Assembly: GCA_964568075.1 (NCBI GenBank)
Contig: CAZMOM010000009.1
Coordinates: forward strand, 22,016 to 86,015
DNA length: 64,000 bases
Reading direction: 5' to 3'
From: an uncultured Gammaproteobacteria bacterium
Lineage (GTDB): Bacteria; Pseudomonadota; Gammaproteobacteria; Steroidobacterales; MnTg04
In this document: positions 8,314 through 18,225 of the stretch, one piece after another
How positions within the stretch are numbered: the first letter of the stretch is position 1
Layout of the letters: every line of letters starts with the position of its first letter
Program-made: the position numbers and the translations under genes
The notes under the pieces: generated by a model
Seen by the model: the letters and a program-made list of their open reading frames with translations, nothing else
What the model was told of the DNA's origin: nothing
The model's database searches: none

Positions 8314-11300
8314 CGGCCTGTCTCTCTAACCAGCGGTTCTATCGCGTCCAGCAACTGGCTTTCCTGATAAGGCTTACCGAGGTAATCGTTCACCCCCAGC
8401 TCAATGGCGCGGGCACGATGTTTCTCGCCGGCGCGCGACGTGATCATAACGATGGGGACTTCTGCCAGATGTTCATCATTACGAATCCTGGAAGCCAGTT
8501 CGTAACCATCCATGCGCGGCATTTCGATATCCAGCAATATGATGTCCGGCGTGTGCTCCTGCAAAAGATCCATCGCATCGATACCGTCTTTCGCGGTAAT
8601 GACTCGCATGCCATTTCGCTCGAGCAACCTTTGCGTGACCCTGCGAACGGTAATGGAATCATCGACGACCAAAACAAATGTTCGCGTATCTTCCTCGCGG
8701 GCGAATGGCTTCGGACGCCGACGCGACGCTTCGGAACGCACCAGTCCGCCGAGATCAAGAATTAACGCGACGCTGCCATCACCGAGTATCGTACCGCCTG
8801 AAATTCCCTGAATACCGGCGACCTGCGGCCCGACCGACTTGACGACTATTTCCCTGCTGCCCAGTAATTCGTCGGCGACCAGGGCGGTGGAATGAGAGCC
8901 GGCACGAACCAGGATGATCGAAACAGACAGCTCCTCGTCGGCAAAACCGCTCGAGTGACCGCCGACAAAATGAGCCAGGTGACGCAACCGGTATTGCCTG
9001 CCGCCATATTCAAATTCCGGATCATCTTTTTCGAGTTGTTCACTGACCTGGTGACGCGGCATCCGGGCGATACCCTCCACGGTCGGCAAGGGCAATGCAT
9101 AAAACTCTTCGCCAACCCGAACAATCATGGCCTGGGTAATCGCCAGCGTAAACGGCAGTCGAATAACAAAAACTGCCCCCTCACCGACGGTTGACTCAAC
9201 GTGAACCGAACCGCCCAGGCGTTCCACTTCTGTCGCGACGACATCGAGCCCTACGCCCCGTCCTGCCGCCTGGGTTACCTCGCCTGCCATCGAAAAACCG
9301 GGTCGGAATATCATCTGCAGAACTTGTTCGGCCGGCATCGATTCGCTGGCATCAAATAAGCCGCTGACCACGGATTTCCGTCGAATCGCGTCCGGATCAA
9401 TTCCGGCCCCGTTATCCGATACCCGGATCAGCATTTCCGAGCCTTCCTTATGCAGAGCGATACATATTTCCCCCACCTCAGATTTTTGTGCTTTTTGTCT
9501 GGTGACCGGATCTTCAATTCCATGGACGACTGCGTTTCGCAGGATGTGCTCAAGCGGCTGCAACATGCGTTCCAGCACCTGCCGGTCGAGTTCGCCGCTG
9601 GCGCCCTCCAGTTTTAACTCCACTTTCTTGCCGGTTTCGTTGGCAACCTGTCGCACCAACCTGTCCAGACGTTTCTCGTAACGGCTAAACGGCACCATAC
9701 GTGTTCGCATCAGTATGCGTTGCAGATCCGCGGTCAGTCTGGCCTGTTGCGACAGCAACGCGTCAGACTCATGCGACAGGTTATCGAGCAAGTCTCGCAG
9801 GCTGGCGACGTCGTTGACCGACTCGGCGAGTGCTCTGCTCAATTGCTGGATCATCGAGTAGCGATCAAGTTCAAGCGGATCGAAATCACTGGTCGCACCT
9901 TCTTCCTGGTGGCGATGCAAAATCTGGGACTCGGTCTCCGATTCCATTTTGCGCAATTGAGCACGCAGCCGCGTTACGGTCCGCGATAACTCCGCCAGAT
10001 GAAAGTCGGACGAGCGCATCTGCTGATCGAGCCGCGAACGATAGATACTGATTTCACCGGCCAGGTTCAGCATCTCATCCAGCTGATCTGCTTCAACGCG
10101 CGTGTATTCCTGTCTTTCAATCGACTCCGTTCTCATCGGAGCGGCGGGCGGCGGCTGGGGCGACGGCATCGGTGGCAGCGAGGCAAGCGCATCCATCGCC
10201 TCCCGACCAGCGGCCACGTCGTCTGCAGTTTCACTGCGGACCGGTGGCAGTCCCGGCAGATCCGCGGCCGCGCCAGTATCCCCCGCCTTTATCGCGGGTT
10301 CCGGAACGACCGGCTCGTCATCCGGTATTTGCGCCTTCTGTTGGCCGGGTTGTCCCGCCGCCAGGTCACTTATTTTCTGTTCGAGATCCGTCCTCGGCGC
10401 AGCCTGTTGACCGAAACTGACTGTTTCCCGCATAGAATGCAGGCCATCCAGCGAGCCCTGCAGCACATCCGCAGCAGAATCGCTGAACTGCATTTGTCGC
10501 TGCTCGATAAGATCCAGCAGCGACTCGGTTTCATGACTGAGATTGGCCATGGCGGGAACGCCCGCCATCCGCGCTCCCCCTTTGAGCGTGTGCAGGCAAC
10601 GTTTGAGTTCGGCCAACGCAGTCTGATCTGATGCGTCCTGACGAAGCCCGGACAACGCCGCCTCTGCCGTATCCAGCAACTCGGCTGCTTCTTCGCTGAA
10701 TATCGACGCAATCTCGCCATCGAATTCAACGTCCGCCTCTTCCGCCCGATCTGCAGTATCCGGTTCAGCCGAGGTATCCGCCTGTTCAGCTTCCAGCTCC
10801 GCTGCCAACGTGTGCAGCCGGTGAATCAACCCTGCGTGGCTGGGGAAAAATCCGGTGTCCTCGTCGAGGTGCCGGATAATCCTGTCGAAGGACGCAACGA
10901 CATCGTGGCAGATACTGATACCCGCTTCATCCAGCCCTTTGCCCAGCTCATGCAGTTTTCGAATATACCGGTCCAGTGGCTCCGCTATCTTGACGCCCTG
11001 CATGGCACCCGCCATTTTCGCACTGCCGTGCAATGTGTGGCACGCGCGATAAAGTCTCTCGGTAACCGGATACGGAGCGACTCCGGCGATGCAACCCTGC
11101 AAAAAATCTCTGATGCTTTCCAGGTGCCCGGAGCTTTCCTTGGCAAAAATTTCCCTCAGCACCGGATCCATTTCCGGTTCCGGCAGTTCATCTGGTGCGA
11201 CCAGCCCGGCATCCTCTGTCTCTTCCTTCGCGGACTGGATTTCCTTCACAATGTGCGGAGCGATCATGGTTGCGTCGCCATCATCACCGTCGCCAGCTTC

Positions 11301-13583
11301 CCGTGGTTCGTCAGTAACCGCCGGCTCTGTTTTCGCCAATCGCATTGCCATTTGCATCAGACTCGCGATATTGGCTCGAGCCTTTGTTCCGACCTCAAGC
11401 TCTTCAACAAGCTCCGGCAAAATCGCGCTACTGATTTTCAACAGCCGCGTCATATCAACGGTAACTTCGCGAGTGCCGTCGATGATTCGATTAAGCAGAT
11501 TTTCCATGGCCCAGGCGAACTCGGCGATCCGATTGGCACCAACCATGCGCCCGCTGCCTTTGAGGGTATGATAGGAACGGCGCATCCGGGTTAATGCATT
11601 CTGGTCGTTGCTATCCGCGGACCATAAATTTTGTTGCTCGCTGATAACCAGGGCTTCATCGCGGGCCTCCTCGATAAACAGCTCGAGAAATTCGGGGTCC
11701 GCTCTTTCGCCGCTTGCGCGCGCCTGTTGCTGGTCAAACACAGGCAGATTGCCAGCCACTGCCGGTTTCTTTTTATCGTGATCGCGGACCGCAACGCGAG
11801 CGATCGCCGTCGCATCCAGATCCACTTCATCAATAACAGGTATCCTGGCGGCATCAGCGGGTACTTCAAGGACCCTGAGACATTGATCGACATTATCCAG
11901 CATGTACCAAGGATCACCTCGCCCGTTCCTCAGTGTTTCCAGGTAATACTCGATACTGACCACCGCATCGGCCAGACGGTCCATTTCGTCTGCGTTCAAT
12001 GAATTAAGTCCCGGTTGCACCCGGGCGCGGATCAATTCGCTGATTTTCTGGGACTGATCAACCGCTCTTGACTTACCCAGCATGAGCAGTCCCGAAATTA
12101 CGCCATGCATTAGCTCAGTGACCTGGTCCATCGCCCGGAACTCGCTGTTCTGCAGCGCCTCCGTCATCGCGTCTTTAACTCTCGCGATATTGACAATACA
12201 TTCCCGAAGAACAGCGTCGGCCACCTGCCGAAATTCGCGCGCCGCATCACTGTCTTCTTCCGTGTCTGTTTCCGAGCTCGTCGAACTCGGGAGAATAAGT
12301 TTCAGCAAGGCGTCGTCAAGTCCGTCTTCAACTGTTAACAAAACAGAGGCCATTTGCAGCAGTTCACTCTCCGCCGGTGCTTCGCTACCAGCGAGGATGG
12401 CCTGCATCCTTCGCGTCTCATTCATGACCAGTGTGCGGAATGCGCCCAGCCCGAGCACACCCAAAGTGTCGCTGATCTTTTTCAGCAGATCAGCCTGTGG
12501 TTTCAGTTCCTGTGCCGACTCCATCCCGGTACGAACAAAAATGTCGAGGACATCTTTTACGTTCGCCAGATCCTCCTTGATCGCCGCGGCCACTGTTTTC
12601 ATTAATTTGACGCTGGGAGCCGACAGACTTTCCCTGGCCTGTTCTATCTGCTCATCACCCGGTATTATTTCATCGAGTTTGAACGCTTTGCTAATTGCGC
12701 TAACTCTCTCCCCGTGGCTGGACGAACGGCCGATGTAATAAAGCAGGTTATTTCGCAACTCGACGGAGGCATTCTCGCTACTGTCCTGCTCGCCGATATC
12801 TACCAGTCTCTTGATCTGCCGGTCCGCCTGCCCGAGCAATCTTTTTAGCGACACGCTGGTCTCGAGCCCACCGTCACGCAAGGCCTCGACGACGCCGCCA
12901 ATTACCCACCACAATTGTTCCACGTCGGGATTGCTTGCCGCCGACTCCAGGCTCGCTACAATTTCCGCGAGATGCTGCAAATCCGTTTCCGGGTCGTTCC
13001 CGCGAATCCAGCCGAGCAAGCTATTTTGAAACAGCGGGCGCTGACGGGTGGCGGCTTCCCTTATGCCAGGCCCCTTCTTACCAGGCTTTTTCTTTGACAG
13101 GGCCGATTGCGGTGTTTCCGCCTTCAGATTGAGCAACAGAAGCGTGCCTTCTGACAATAGGGGTCGGCCACGCACTACCCGCAAATCGTTCAACAGTGGC
13201 AACAGGATCAAGGCAATATCGCGGCCACCGCTGCTAACCCGGTCGAGATAAACCGGCAACTGCACCATGGACCGGCTCAAGGCCTCCAGGGCATCGTTCT
13301 GCGCCTTCTCGCCGCGTTGACTTTCGAGGAGATAGGCGACGACTTTTTCCATTTCCTCGACAAGCAACGCCGCACCATAGACTTCGACCATGGCCAGAAC
13401 ACCCTGGGCCTCGTGCAAATATCTGGCGGTGTCCTGCAAAACCTGCCGGCGAACCGGATCCTCGATGTACTCCTCAAGACCCGCTCGCGCTCTTTGCAAG
13501 GTTTCAGACAGTTCCTGATTAACCAATTCCAGGTTCTGCTGAGACCTCTCCGATGTGTGCGGGTGTTCCTGCAACCGGGTCAC
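8310..13583 (-). CDS. chpA: hybrid CheA-like histidine kinase/response regulator of the Pil-Chp system
   Basis: Several Hpt repeats (HTLKGSGRMVG, HTLHGSAKMAG, HTLKGGARMAG), HATPase (EHILRNAVVHG, DNGAG, GRGVGLDVV), CheW domain and C-terminal receiver (VVDDS, LLDIEMPRMDG). Confidence 0.95.
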   Translation of the reverse strand: MTRLQEHPHTSERSQQNLELVNQELSETLQRARAGLEEYIEDPVRRQVLQDTARYLHEAQGVLAMVEVYGAALLVEEMEKVVAYLLESQRGEKAQNDALEALSRSMVQLPVYLDRVSSGGRDIALILLPLLNDLRVVRGRPLLSEGTLLLLNLKAETPQSALSKKKPGKKGPGIREAATRQRPLFQNSLLGWIRGNDPETDLQHLAEIVASLESAASNPDVEQLWWVIGGVVEALRDGGLETSVSLKRLLGQADRQIKRLVDIGEQDSSENASVELRNNLLYYIGRSSSHGERVSAISKAFKLDEIIPGDEQIEQARESLSAPSVKLMKTVAAAIKEDLANVKDVLDIFVRTGMESAQELKPQADLLKKISDTLGVLGLGAFRTLVMNETRRMQAILAGSEAPAESELLQMASVLLTVEDGLDDALLKLILPSSTSSETDTEEDSDAAREFRQVADAVLRECIVNIARVKDAMTEALQNSEFRAMDQVTELMHGVISGLLMLGKSRAVDQSQKISELIRARVQPGLNSLNADEMDRLADAVVSIEYYLETLRNGRGDPWYMLDNVDQCLRVLEVPADAARIPVIDEVDLDATAIARVAVRDHDKKKPAVAGNLPVFDQQQARASGERADPEFLELFIEEARDEALVISEQQNLWSADSNDQNALTRMRRSYHTLKGSGRMVGANRIAEFAWAMENLLNRIIDGTREVTVDMTRLLKISSAILPELVEELEVGTKARANIASLMQMAMRLAKTEPAVTDEPREAGDGDDGDATMIAPHIVKEIQSAKEETEDAGLVAPDELPEPEMDPVLREIFAKESSGHLESIRDFLQGCIAGVAPYPVTERLYRACHTLHGSAKMAGAMQGVKIAEPLDRYIRKLHELGKGLDEAGISICHDVVASFDRIIRHLDEDTGFFPSHAGLIHRLHTLAAELEAEQADTSAEPDTADRAEEADVEFDGEIASIFSEEAAELLDTAEAALSGLRQDASDQTALAELKRCLHTLKGGARMAGVPAMANLSHETESLLDLIEQRQMQFSDSAADVLQGSLDGLHSMRETVSFGQQAAPRTDLEQKISDLAAGQPGQQKAQIPDDEPVVPEPAIKAGDTGAAADLPGLPPVRSETADDVAAGREAMDALASLPPMPSPQPPPAAPMRTESIERQEYTRVEADQLDEMLNLAGEISIYRSRLDQQMRSSDFHLAELSRTVTRLRAQLRKMESETESQILHRHQEEGATSDFDPLELDRYSMIQQLSRALAESVNDVASLRDLLDNLSHESDALLSQQARLTADLQRILMRTRMVPFSRYEKRLDRLVRQVANETGKKVELKLEGASGELDRQVLERMLQPLEHILRNAVVHGIEDPVTRQKAQKSEVGEICIALHKEGSEMLIRVSDNGAGIDPDAIRRKSVVSGLFDASESMPAEQVLQMIFRPGFSMAGEVTQAAGRGVGLDVVATEVERLGGSVHVESTVGEGAVFVIRLPFTLAITQAMIVRVGEEFYALPLPTVEGIARMPRHQVSEQLEKDDPEFEYGGRQYRLRHLAHFVGGHSSGFADEELSVSIILVRAGSHSTALVADELLGSREIVVKSVGPQVAGIQGISGGTILGDGSVALILDLGGLVRSEASRRRPKPFAREEDTRTFVLVVDDSITVRRVTQRLLERNGMRVITAKDGIDAMDLLQEHTPDIILLDIEMPRMDGYELASRIRNDEHLAEVPIVMITSRAGEKHRARAIELGVNDYLGKPYQESQLLDAIEPLVRETGR

Positions 13584-15637
13584 ACCTGCGCTACTTCGTC
13601 TTGATCATCGTCAACCTTCAGTACGTCGATCATGTTGGCATTTTTCACCGGAGACCCTTTCGCTTTCTCACTCTTTTTTGTCACGATCGAAGCTGCCTTA
13701 TCGTCGGGCAGCGTAAAACCAGCCACGGATCGGCGCAAATTTTTCGCCAGTTCAGCCAGTTTGCGTATCGATTCGGAAGTCGCGTTGGTGCTATCCGCTG
13801 TTTGCTCGCTGATTTCCCTGAGTACGCCGGTGTTGCGCATAATATCAGTTGCGACCAGCGCCTGCTGCTTCGCAGAGCTGGAAATATTTTGCACGAGCGA
13901 CGCAATCTGATTGGAAACCTGCTCTATTTCCTCCAGCGCCGCGCCGGCATTCTCAGCAAGCAAAGCCCCGCCGACGACATCCGTTGTGCTTCTCTCCATC
14001 GACACGACGGCTTCACTCGTATCCGACTGGATGGTTCTGACCAGCACCTCGATCTGTTTGGTAGCATTTGCCGACCTTTCTGCGAGCCGTTGCACCTCAT
14101 CAGCAACGACCGCGAACCCTCTGCCGGCTTCACCCGCCATACTTGCCTGGATCGATGCGTTGAGTGCGAGAATATTAGTTTGCTCTGCGATGTCGTTGAT
14201 CAGTTCGACGATATTGCCGATCTCCTGCGAACTCTCGCCGAGCCGTTTGATCCGCTTAGAAGTGTCCTGAATCGTTTCGCGAATCGAGTTCATTCCCTCA
14301 ATGGTTCGACGGACTGCAACGCCTCCTTTTAGAGCGACGTCGACCGAGTGCCTGGCGACATCTGCCGCCCGCTCTGCGTTTCCCGACACCTCTTCAACCG
14401 AGTTAGCCATCCGGGCGATCGAGTCCGAGGCCGCGCCTACTTGCTGAGCCTGCGTTTCGCTGGCTGCCGCCAGGTGACCGATCGTTGCCGCCGACTGCGT
14501 CGCGGCGGCTTCCACCATGATCGCGGAATCTTTGATCGTCGTAACGAGATTTCGTAAAGCTTCGATTGCGAAATTAATCGAATCGGCAATCGCTCCGGTA
14601 ATATGTTCGGTTACCGTAGCCTGCACGGTCAGGTCCCCATCGGCAAGGCTGCCCAGTTCATCCAGCAAGCGAAGTATCGCCTCCTGGTTACGCTCATTTT
14701 GACGCGCATGCTCTTCCGCAACCCGCTGAACATTAGCGGACGAGAAATAAAGGGTGACCAGTCCGGCGAGTATAAGCAACGCCAGCACCAGGATCGTGAT
14801 ATTCAGCGCCGGGCTGGCCAGCAAACCGCCTGCGGGCCCAGCCTGACTAACCGCTGTATCGATCTGCCCGCGCAAACGATCGGCGGCGGGCTCCAGGTCC
14901 GATCGTGCCTGCTGTGCCCTGACGCTGGCCGCGACGCCAGCAGTTGCTGCCTGCAAGACAGGCTCGAAAGCCAGGTAAGCCTGGCGAATCTCATCCGCCG
15001 TCCGGCCGCCAATGTCCCGGTCGTTCAGCAGCCCATTCATGACTTCCGTCAGGTCGCGCATGCCCCCATCAAGCCGCAACCGCGCTTCTTGCAAACTGAT
15101 CTGGTCTGTTTCAAGCGCCTTCAATGCGCCTCTGACCGACCTGCCGATATCGACAGCCTTTTGCAAGCCGTCGTACTGAGACTGCCAGCGGCTTCCCAGC
15201 AGTGTCGCAGACATCCGGTCCAGGGCCGTTGCAAAATCCCTAGCGCCTTCCTCGCCCTGTTTCGTCGAGTCGGCGAACGTACTTACCTGCTCCTGTCCGC
15301 CCAGCAAGTCGCCGACAGCCCCGTCCAGAATCTGCCAGTCGCTGTCGTCGCCCGACTGCAAACCGATGCCGGGCAGATCGTCTCTGGCTGATAAAATCTG
15401 CTGATAGTCATCGGCCAGCTCACGATAAGCCGTTGCGTCGCCAGCGCTGGCTCTTTCGGCCGTTGTCGCCAGTGACCCGAGACGGTCCCTTAACAGACTC
15501 GCGCTCAGCGCTCTTGACTGCGTTATTCCCTGCGCCCGGTTACCCAAAACCGCAGTCAGCAGAGCCAGGATCAGCATCAGGCTCAGAGCCCCCATCAGCA
15601 CCGGCAATCTCATCACAGCGTCTAATTTATCTAGCAT
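13580..15637 (-). CDS. pilJ: methyl-accepting chemotaxis protein PilJ
   Basis: Two TM segments, HAMP (LADGDLT) and MCP signalling tip (IAEQTNILALNASIQA..AGEAGRGFAVVADEV). Start re-called to ATG 15637, downstream of pilI. Confidence 0.92.
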   Translation of the reverse strand: MLDKLDAVMRLPVLMGALSLMLILALLTAVLGNRAQGITQSRALSASLLRDRLGSLATTAERASAGDATAYRELADDYQQILSARDDLPGIGLQSGDDSDWQILDGAVGDLLGGQEQVSTFADSTKQGEEGARDFATALDRMSATLLGSRWQSQYDGLQKAVDIGRSVRGALKALETDQISLQEARLRLDGGMRDLTEVMNGLLNDRDIGGRTADEIRQAYLAFEPVLQAATAGVAASVRAQQARSDLEPAADRLRGQIDTAVSQAGPAGGLLASPALNITILVLALLILAGLVTLYFSSANVQRVAEEHARQNERNQEAILRLLDELGSLADGDLTVQATVTEHITGAIADSINFAIEALRNLVTTIKDSAIMVEAAATQSAATIGHLAAASETQAQQVGAASDSIARMANSVEEVSGNAERAADVARHSVDVALKGGVAVRRTIEGMNSIRETIQDTSKRIKRLGESSQEIGNIVELINDIAEQTNILALNASIQASMAGEAGRGFAVVADEVQRLAERSANATKQIEVLVRTIQSDTSEAVVSMERSTTDVVGGALLAENAGAALEEIEQVSNQIASLVQNISSSAKQQALVATDIMRNTGVLREISEQTADSTNATSESIRKLAELAKNLRRSVAGFTLPDDKAASIVTKKSEKAKGSPVKNANMIDVLKVDDDQDEVAQV

Positions 15638-15650
15638 TGATTTTCCCGTC

Positions 15651-16232
15651 TCAGGACGCCGCCGCTCCCGAGTCCGCCGCATTCAAAAACTCGTCGCTGT
15701 CGATCAGGCTTTGCAAACTAAGCACAGGCCAGACCTCGCCGCCTTGCTCAAAACTGCCTTGCAGATAGCGATCACACCTGATCACGGTCCTGGGTACTTC
15801 CTTGCGGCGCTGGTTTTCAGGGAAGCGCCTGAAGCCAAGCACTTCGTCCACCAGCAGGCCGACCGGCACATCGCGGTGGTTGACCGACAAGACCCTGGCG
15901 AGGCGGCTGTTCGCTGCGATGCCACCGCCAAAAAAATGATTGATATCAACCAGCGGCAATAGCTGTCCACGGATATTGGCCAGTCCGCGAAGCCAGCGTT
16001 TCGCGCCTGGCACCCTGGCGATATCGGTCGGTACGGTCAGAACCTCGCGAATCTCGTCCCTTGGCACCAGGAACTGCTCGTCACCCAGGCGAAATCCGAT
16101 GCCGACATATTCAGCATGCTGTTGATCGACATTACCGCCGCCCGCCGCGGAAGAAAGTGCACGCCGCTCCATTTCCTGCAGCAGCTCGAACGGTCTGTTG
16201 ATCAGTGTGCTGAGGTCGGTTGATTTCGACAT
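15651..16232 (-). CDS. pilI: CheW-like adaptor PilI
   Basis: GIGFRLG, RVPGAKRWLRGLANIRGQLLPLVD, GLLVDEVLG. Lies between pilH and pilJ. Confidence 0.9.
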   Translation of the reverse strand: MSKSTDLSTLINRPFELLQEMERRALSSAAGGGNVDQQHAEYVGIGFRLGDEQFLVPRDEIREVLTVPTDIARVPGAKRWLRGLANIRGQLLPLVDINHFFGGGIAANSRLARVLSVNHRDVPVGLLVDEVLGFRRFPENQRRKEVPRTVIRCDRYLQGSFEQGGEVWPVLSLQSLIDSDEFLNAADSGAAAS

Positions 16233-16236
16233 TGTC

Positions 16237-16602
16237 TTACCTCTCCAGGACCGAACGGGCCATCGATACCAGCTTATCGTCGTCGAACGGTTTGATCAGG
16301 TAATCCACCGCGCCCTGGCGCATACCCCAGATACGATCCGTTTCCTGCCCCTTCGTGGTCACCATAATAATGGGTATTCCTGCCGTTTCCGGGTCATTGC
16401 TGAGCTTGCGCGTCGCCTGGAATCCATTGACTCCCGGCATGACAATATCCATGAGAATCAGGTCCGGTTTGAGCTCCCGGGCCTTGCGGATTCCTTCGTC
16501 GCCATCTTCAGCGGCGACGGTCTCAAAGCCGTGCTTTCTCAACGCTTTCTGCATGACATGCAATTCTGTTGGTGAATCTTCGATTATGAGCACCATCGCC
16601 AT
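16237..16602 (-). CDS. pilH: single-domain response regulator PilH
   Basis: IIEDSPTE, LILMDIVMPGVNGFQATR, DRIWGMRQGA. Confidence 0.92.
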   Translation of the reverse strand: MAMVLIIEDSPTELHVMQKALRKHGFETVAAEDGDEGIRKARELKPDLILMDIVMPGVNGFQATRKLSNDPETAGIPIIMVTTKGQETDRIWGMRQGAVDYLIKPFDDDKLVSMARSVLER

Positions 16603-16626
16603 TCGTTTCTCCCGACCGCTAATCCG

Positions 16627-17031
16627 TTATCTTCCGACGTGATTTTCGATTGCGCCAAGCAATTCATCTTTGGTAAACGGCTTTGTCAGATATTGCTGCG
16701 AGCCGACAATTCTCCCCCTGGCACGGTCGAACAAGCCATCCTTGCTGGACAACATGATGACCGGTATGGAACTGAAAACCTTGTTGTGCTTGATCAGGGC
16801 ACAAGTCTGGTACCCGTCCAGCCGCGGCATCATGATATCGACGAAAACGATGTCCGGCTGATGGTCAGCTATTTTGGATAGCGCATCGAATCCGTCCACT
16901 GCGGTAAACACTTTGCATCCTTCCTTGGAAAGCAATGTTTCGGCTGTTCTGCGAATGGTTTTGCTGTCATCAATGACCAGTACTTTGATTCCATCAAGGT
17001 TAGGTCGATTTTCTTCAGCCACTAGCGCCAC
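16627..17031 (-). CDS. pilG: single-domain response regulator PilG
   Basis: VIDDSKTIRRTAETLL, DIMMPRLDGYQTCALIK, SSKDGLFDRARGRIVGS. True start may be GTG 17022, which has a better-spaced AGGAG. Confidence 0.95.
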   Translation of the reverse strand: MALVAEENRPNLDGIKVLVIDDSKTIRRTAETLLSKEGCKVFTAVDGFDALSKIADHQPDIVFVDIMMPRLDGYQTCALIKHNKVFSSIPVIMLSSKDGLFDRARGRIVGSQQYLTKPFTKDELLGAIENHVGR

Positions 17032-17250
17032 TCCTGTTCGCTACGACCCGCTAATCCTTTTCGGCGGCGTAATGAGGTCTTCGACTAATCAGCAAATGAA
17101 TCGCTGTATCAAAAGCGTTTTTTAACACATTGGGGCGGCTTCCGTCACCCGGACGGAAAAGCGCTTTGCGTTCCGCCCCTTTGCTATCATGCGGGCACAG
17201 GCGGGCCCATACCAGACCCTTGTCCGGAGCGCCGGAGACGGAAAATCGAT

Positions 17251-18225
17251 ATGAGCAGAAAACCATTGAAGCTGGGCGTCGTCATGGACCCCATCGCCAA
17301 CATCAAGCCGTACAAAGACAGCACCTTCGCCATGTTGCTGGAGGCTGCTGCCCGTGGCTGGGAACTTCATTATATGGAGCAGCCTGATCTGTGGCTGGAT
17401 AATGGCAGGGCAATGGCGAATGTCCGCGTATTGGAGGTTCGGGACCAAACAGAGGACTGGTTTTCCCTGCAAGAGTCGAGAGAAATAGCGATGGGTGATC
17501 TCGACGCCATCCTGATGCGCAAGGACCCGCCGTTCGACATGGAGTACATTTACTCCAGTTACATCCTGGAACTGGCGCAGGACCAGGGTGCGTTGGTCGT
17601 CAACGACCCGGCGAGCCTCCGTGACGCCAATGAAAAAGTGTATATGTCGTGGTTCCCGCAATGTTGCGCGGAAACATTGGTTACCCGGTCGATGTCGCTT
17701 ATCCGCGAATTCTCTCAGCAGCACGAACGTATCATCCTGAAACCCCTGGATGGCATGGGTGGACGGTCTGTCTTTGTCGCCGGGAAAGACGACCCGAACA
17801 ACAGCGTCATCGCTGAAATCCTGACGGATTATGGCCGGCGCTATGCCATGGCCCAGCGCTTTTTACCCGAAATCAATGAAAGCGGCGATAAACGCATATT
17901 GCTTGTTGATGGAAACCCGGTGCCTTATGCGCTTGCCCGGAAACCGGCCGAAGGCGAATTCCGTGGCAACCTGGCGGTCGGAGCCAGTGCCAAAGGCGTA
18001 CCGCTGACCGAACGCGATTTCTGGATCTGTTCGGAAATGGGCCGGACATTGAAGGAAAAAGGCCTGTTGTTCGTAGGGATCGACGTTATCGGTGACTACC
18101 TGACCGAAATAAACGTTACCAGCCCCACTTGTATCCGCGAGCTCGATGCGGAATTCAAGTTGAATATTGCAGCGCTGATCATGGATGCCATCGAAGACAG
18201 ACTGAATGAGGTGTCGGGCCATTAA
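17251..18225 (+). CDS. gshB: glutathione synthetase
   Basis: VMDPIANIKPYKDST, MRKDPPFD, ANEK, KPLDGMGG, FRGNLAVG, EINVTSPT. Divergent from pilG, as in Pseudomonas/Xanthomonas. Confidence 0.97.
   Translation: MSRKPLKLGVVMDPIANIKPYKDSTFAMLLEAAARGWELHYMEQPDLWLDNGRAMANVRVLEVRDQTEDWFSLQESREIAMGDLDAILMRKDPPFDMEYIYSSYILELAQDQGALVVNDPASLRDANEKVYMSWFPQCCAETLVTRSMSLIREFSQQHERIILKPLDGMGGRSVFVAGKDDPNNSVIAEILTDYGRRYAMAQRFLPEINESGDKRILLVDGNPVPYALARKPAEGEFRGNLAVGASAKGVPLTERDFWICSEMGRTLKEKGLLFVGIDVIGDYLTEINVTSPTCIRELDAEFKLNIAALIMDAIEDRLNEVSGH

Noticed and set aside
8199-16881. Many 100-260 aa plus-strand ORFs opposite chpA/pilJ/pilI, and similar ones opposite other genes (e.g. 34054-35400, 51883-53190)
   Set aside because: Antisense shadows of GC-rich coding genes, with no motifs or RBS support.
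17132-17190. GGAACGCAAAGC on the minus strand resembles the c-di-GMP-I riboswitch
   Set aside because: The P1 GGCAAA/GNRA stem and the downstream P2 receptor and GGUAGC elements are absent.
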